Sequence record: ON529851.1
Strand: one strand, 5' to 3'
DNA: 64,000 nt
The notes under the pieces were generated by a model. That model saw only the letters and a list, made by a program, of their open reading frames with translations. It was not told where the DNA came from and did not search any database. Of the stretch, positions 62,624 through 64,000 are shown one piece after another (position 1 is the stretch's first letter; each line of letters begins with the position of its first letter). The translations under genes and the position numbers were made by a program.

Positions 62624-62907
62624 GCGGTGGCCTCCCGCGCCAGGAACCGCCGCCTCGCCTCTCGCGCCTTCATCCCGCATTCGGTCGTGATGGAGCCGAA
62701 CGGCTCCCCGTCGCCCTCCAGGCAGGCGTCCTCGTCGTTGGCGTAGCGGGCCAGGGCTTCGTCAACCAGGGCCAGTTCGGTTTCCAGTGCGGCGATGTGC
62801 GCCGCAGCGTCCTTGACGACGGCCGGGCCGCGCCACTCGTCGCAGCCCAGTTTGGCGGCCTTGTCCAGGAAGTAGGCGGCGCGGGGTTTGATCAGATCAG
62901 GACCCAT
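62620..62907 (-). CDS. Hypothetical protein
   Basis: Start MGPDLIKP. Confidence 0.7.
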   Translation of the reverse strand: MGPDLIKPRAAYFLDKAAKLGCDEWRGPAVVKDAAAHIAALETELALVDEALARYANDEDACLEGDGEPFGSITTECGMKAREARRRFLAREATA

Positions 62908-63604
62908 AGGCATCGCCCAGCTTGATCTCCAGATTGGCGTACACGGCCTCGGCGGCGGGCTTGAACCATTCGTGGCCGGGACGGAAGGCGTTGAAGTCGA
63001 TCTCCGACCCGGTCTCGCGAGGCTGGAGCGCGGCGTTGTGCCACTCGTTCGGATCGATGCCGGCCTTCCGCGCCAGGGCGAACGAAATGCGGCGGATGGC
63101 GGACGAACGATGATCCATGGAGCCGTGCTCCAGCGCCGACACCATGACCTCGACCAGATCGACCAGGGCCACAACCACCGCCGGGTCCGCTTCGGCGACG
63201 AAGTCGTTCTCTTCGCTGCCGTCGAAGGTGGCGATCCACCCACCGTCACGGTCCGCCAGATAGCCCGATTCATTGCCGTAGAGCGTGCGGGTGCGTTCGG
63301 TATGCTGCCAAGGGGTCGGCGACAGTTCCTGGGCGTCCTGGGCGGCCGCCCGCAAGCGGCGCAGGCGCGCCCGGTCGATCACGGTGTCGTCGGGTTTGTC
63401 GGCTGCGGGCGCATAGCCGACCTGACGGGCCGCCGCCGGCCCCAGCACCAGAGCATAGTGACGCGCGCAGATATAGGCCGTCAGGTTGTGACGGGAGGGG
63501 TTGGGGTCGTCGTGCGGGATTTCCTCACCGATCTTGGCGACGGCGGGCGCGCCGCAGCGGCAGGTCTCGCCCTCGCAGGTGTTGGAGACAAAGGGCGCGC
63601 TCAC
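62897..63604 (-). CDS. Ead/Ea22-like domain protein with N-terminal Cys/His motif
   Basis: DFVAEADPAVVVALVD resembles Ead/Ea22 motif; GTGA coupling. Confidence 0.6.
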   Translation of the reverse strand: MSAPFVSNTCEGETCRCGAPAVAKIGEEIPHDDPNPSRHNLTAYICARHYALVLGPAAARQVGYAPAADKPDDTVIDRARLRRLRAAAQDAQELSPTPWQHTERTRTLYGNESGYLADRDGGWIATFDGSEENDFVAEADPAVVVALVDLVEVMVSALEHGSMDHRSSAIRRISFALARKAGIDPNEWHNAALQPRETGSEIDFNAFRPGHEWFKPAAEAVYANLEIKLGDAYGS

Positions 63605-63999
63605 AGTTCCAGCCCCGCGCCAAACAGCACCGACTTGGCCCGCTCGATTTCGGGCGCGTCTTCCTGATCCTCGGCCAGCATGCCTTCGCCTACCGCCCAG
63701 TCCATCGTCGGATAGATGCTTTCCCATGCTGCGCCCCAGTCGTCGCCTTCGCCGGCGGCACGCGCCATCTCCATGGCCCATTGCGCCATGGGCAGGACGC
63801 CTTGCAGCGCCAGGGCGGCTTCGGTGGGTATCGGCACGCCCGTGATCCAGCCCTCCAACGCCAGGGCGTTGCCGCGCACGCGTTCGACCAGGGTGGGGTA
63901 GGACGAGGCGAGCGCGCCCGCCTCCTCGGCGTTGAAGCCTTGCAGGAAGACGTGCAGGTCGCACAGGTCGCTGTAAGTCTCGCGGATGTGCTCCTCCTG
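63601..63999 (-). CDS. Hypothetical protein, 5' end outside window
   Basis: Frame open to window end. Confidence 0.7.
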   Translation of the reverse strand, partial: QEEHIRETYSDLCDLHVFLQGFNAEEAGALASSYPTLVERVRGNALALEGWITGVPIPTEAALALQGVLPMAQWAMEMARAAGEGDDWGAAWESIYPTMDWAVGEGMLAEDQEDAPEIERAKSVLFGAGLEL

Positions 64000-64000
64000 G

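Noticed and set aside
1-64000. Prophage or integrative element in a chromosome
   Set aside because: No integrase, att sites or host housekeeping genes seen; phage-like throughout

Overview
High-GC bacteriophage DNA, most consistent with a phiCbK-like (Dolichocephalovirinae-type) large siphophage of Caulobacter/Brevundimonas. That assignment is inferred from the TerL type, the CtrA-box promoters and the gene style. Four zones. (1) 1-24.5 kb: about 35 small minus-strand cassettes, each with a TTAA-N7-TTAA (CtrA-type) box 11 nt from a TAnnnT -10 (spacing checked at four promoters), an RBS, 1-4 short genes and a terminator. (2) Two parallel cis-element loci about 19 kb apart (5.9-7.2 kb and 24.5-26.4 kb) carrying the same three motif families in the same order, a candidate pair of long-terminal-repeat end/packaging signals. 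(3) 26.6-33.2 kb: packaging operon (intein-split TerL, TerS-like, RuvC-like), followed by an AT-rich iteron-like array, a winged-helix-like gene and an RNA-rich intergenic zone (35.2-37.1 kb). (4) 37-64 kb: sigma70-type TTGAC promoters driving many small hypothetical genes plus ATP-grasp, Nudix and HD enzymes and a tRNA-Arg(UCU). Best candidate novel systems: a tRNA-Arg(UCU) gene behind a promoter, a 10-codon leader ORF containing AGA and AGG, and an intrinsic terminator (attenuator-like self-sensing); a tandem trio of promoter/terminator-bounded small RNAs; and a five-copy dispersed hairpin element with compensatory base changes. All coordinates and counts were read by eye; no searches were run, so family assignments rest on recalled motifs.
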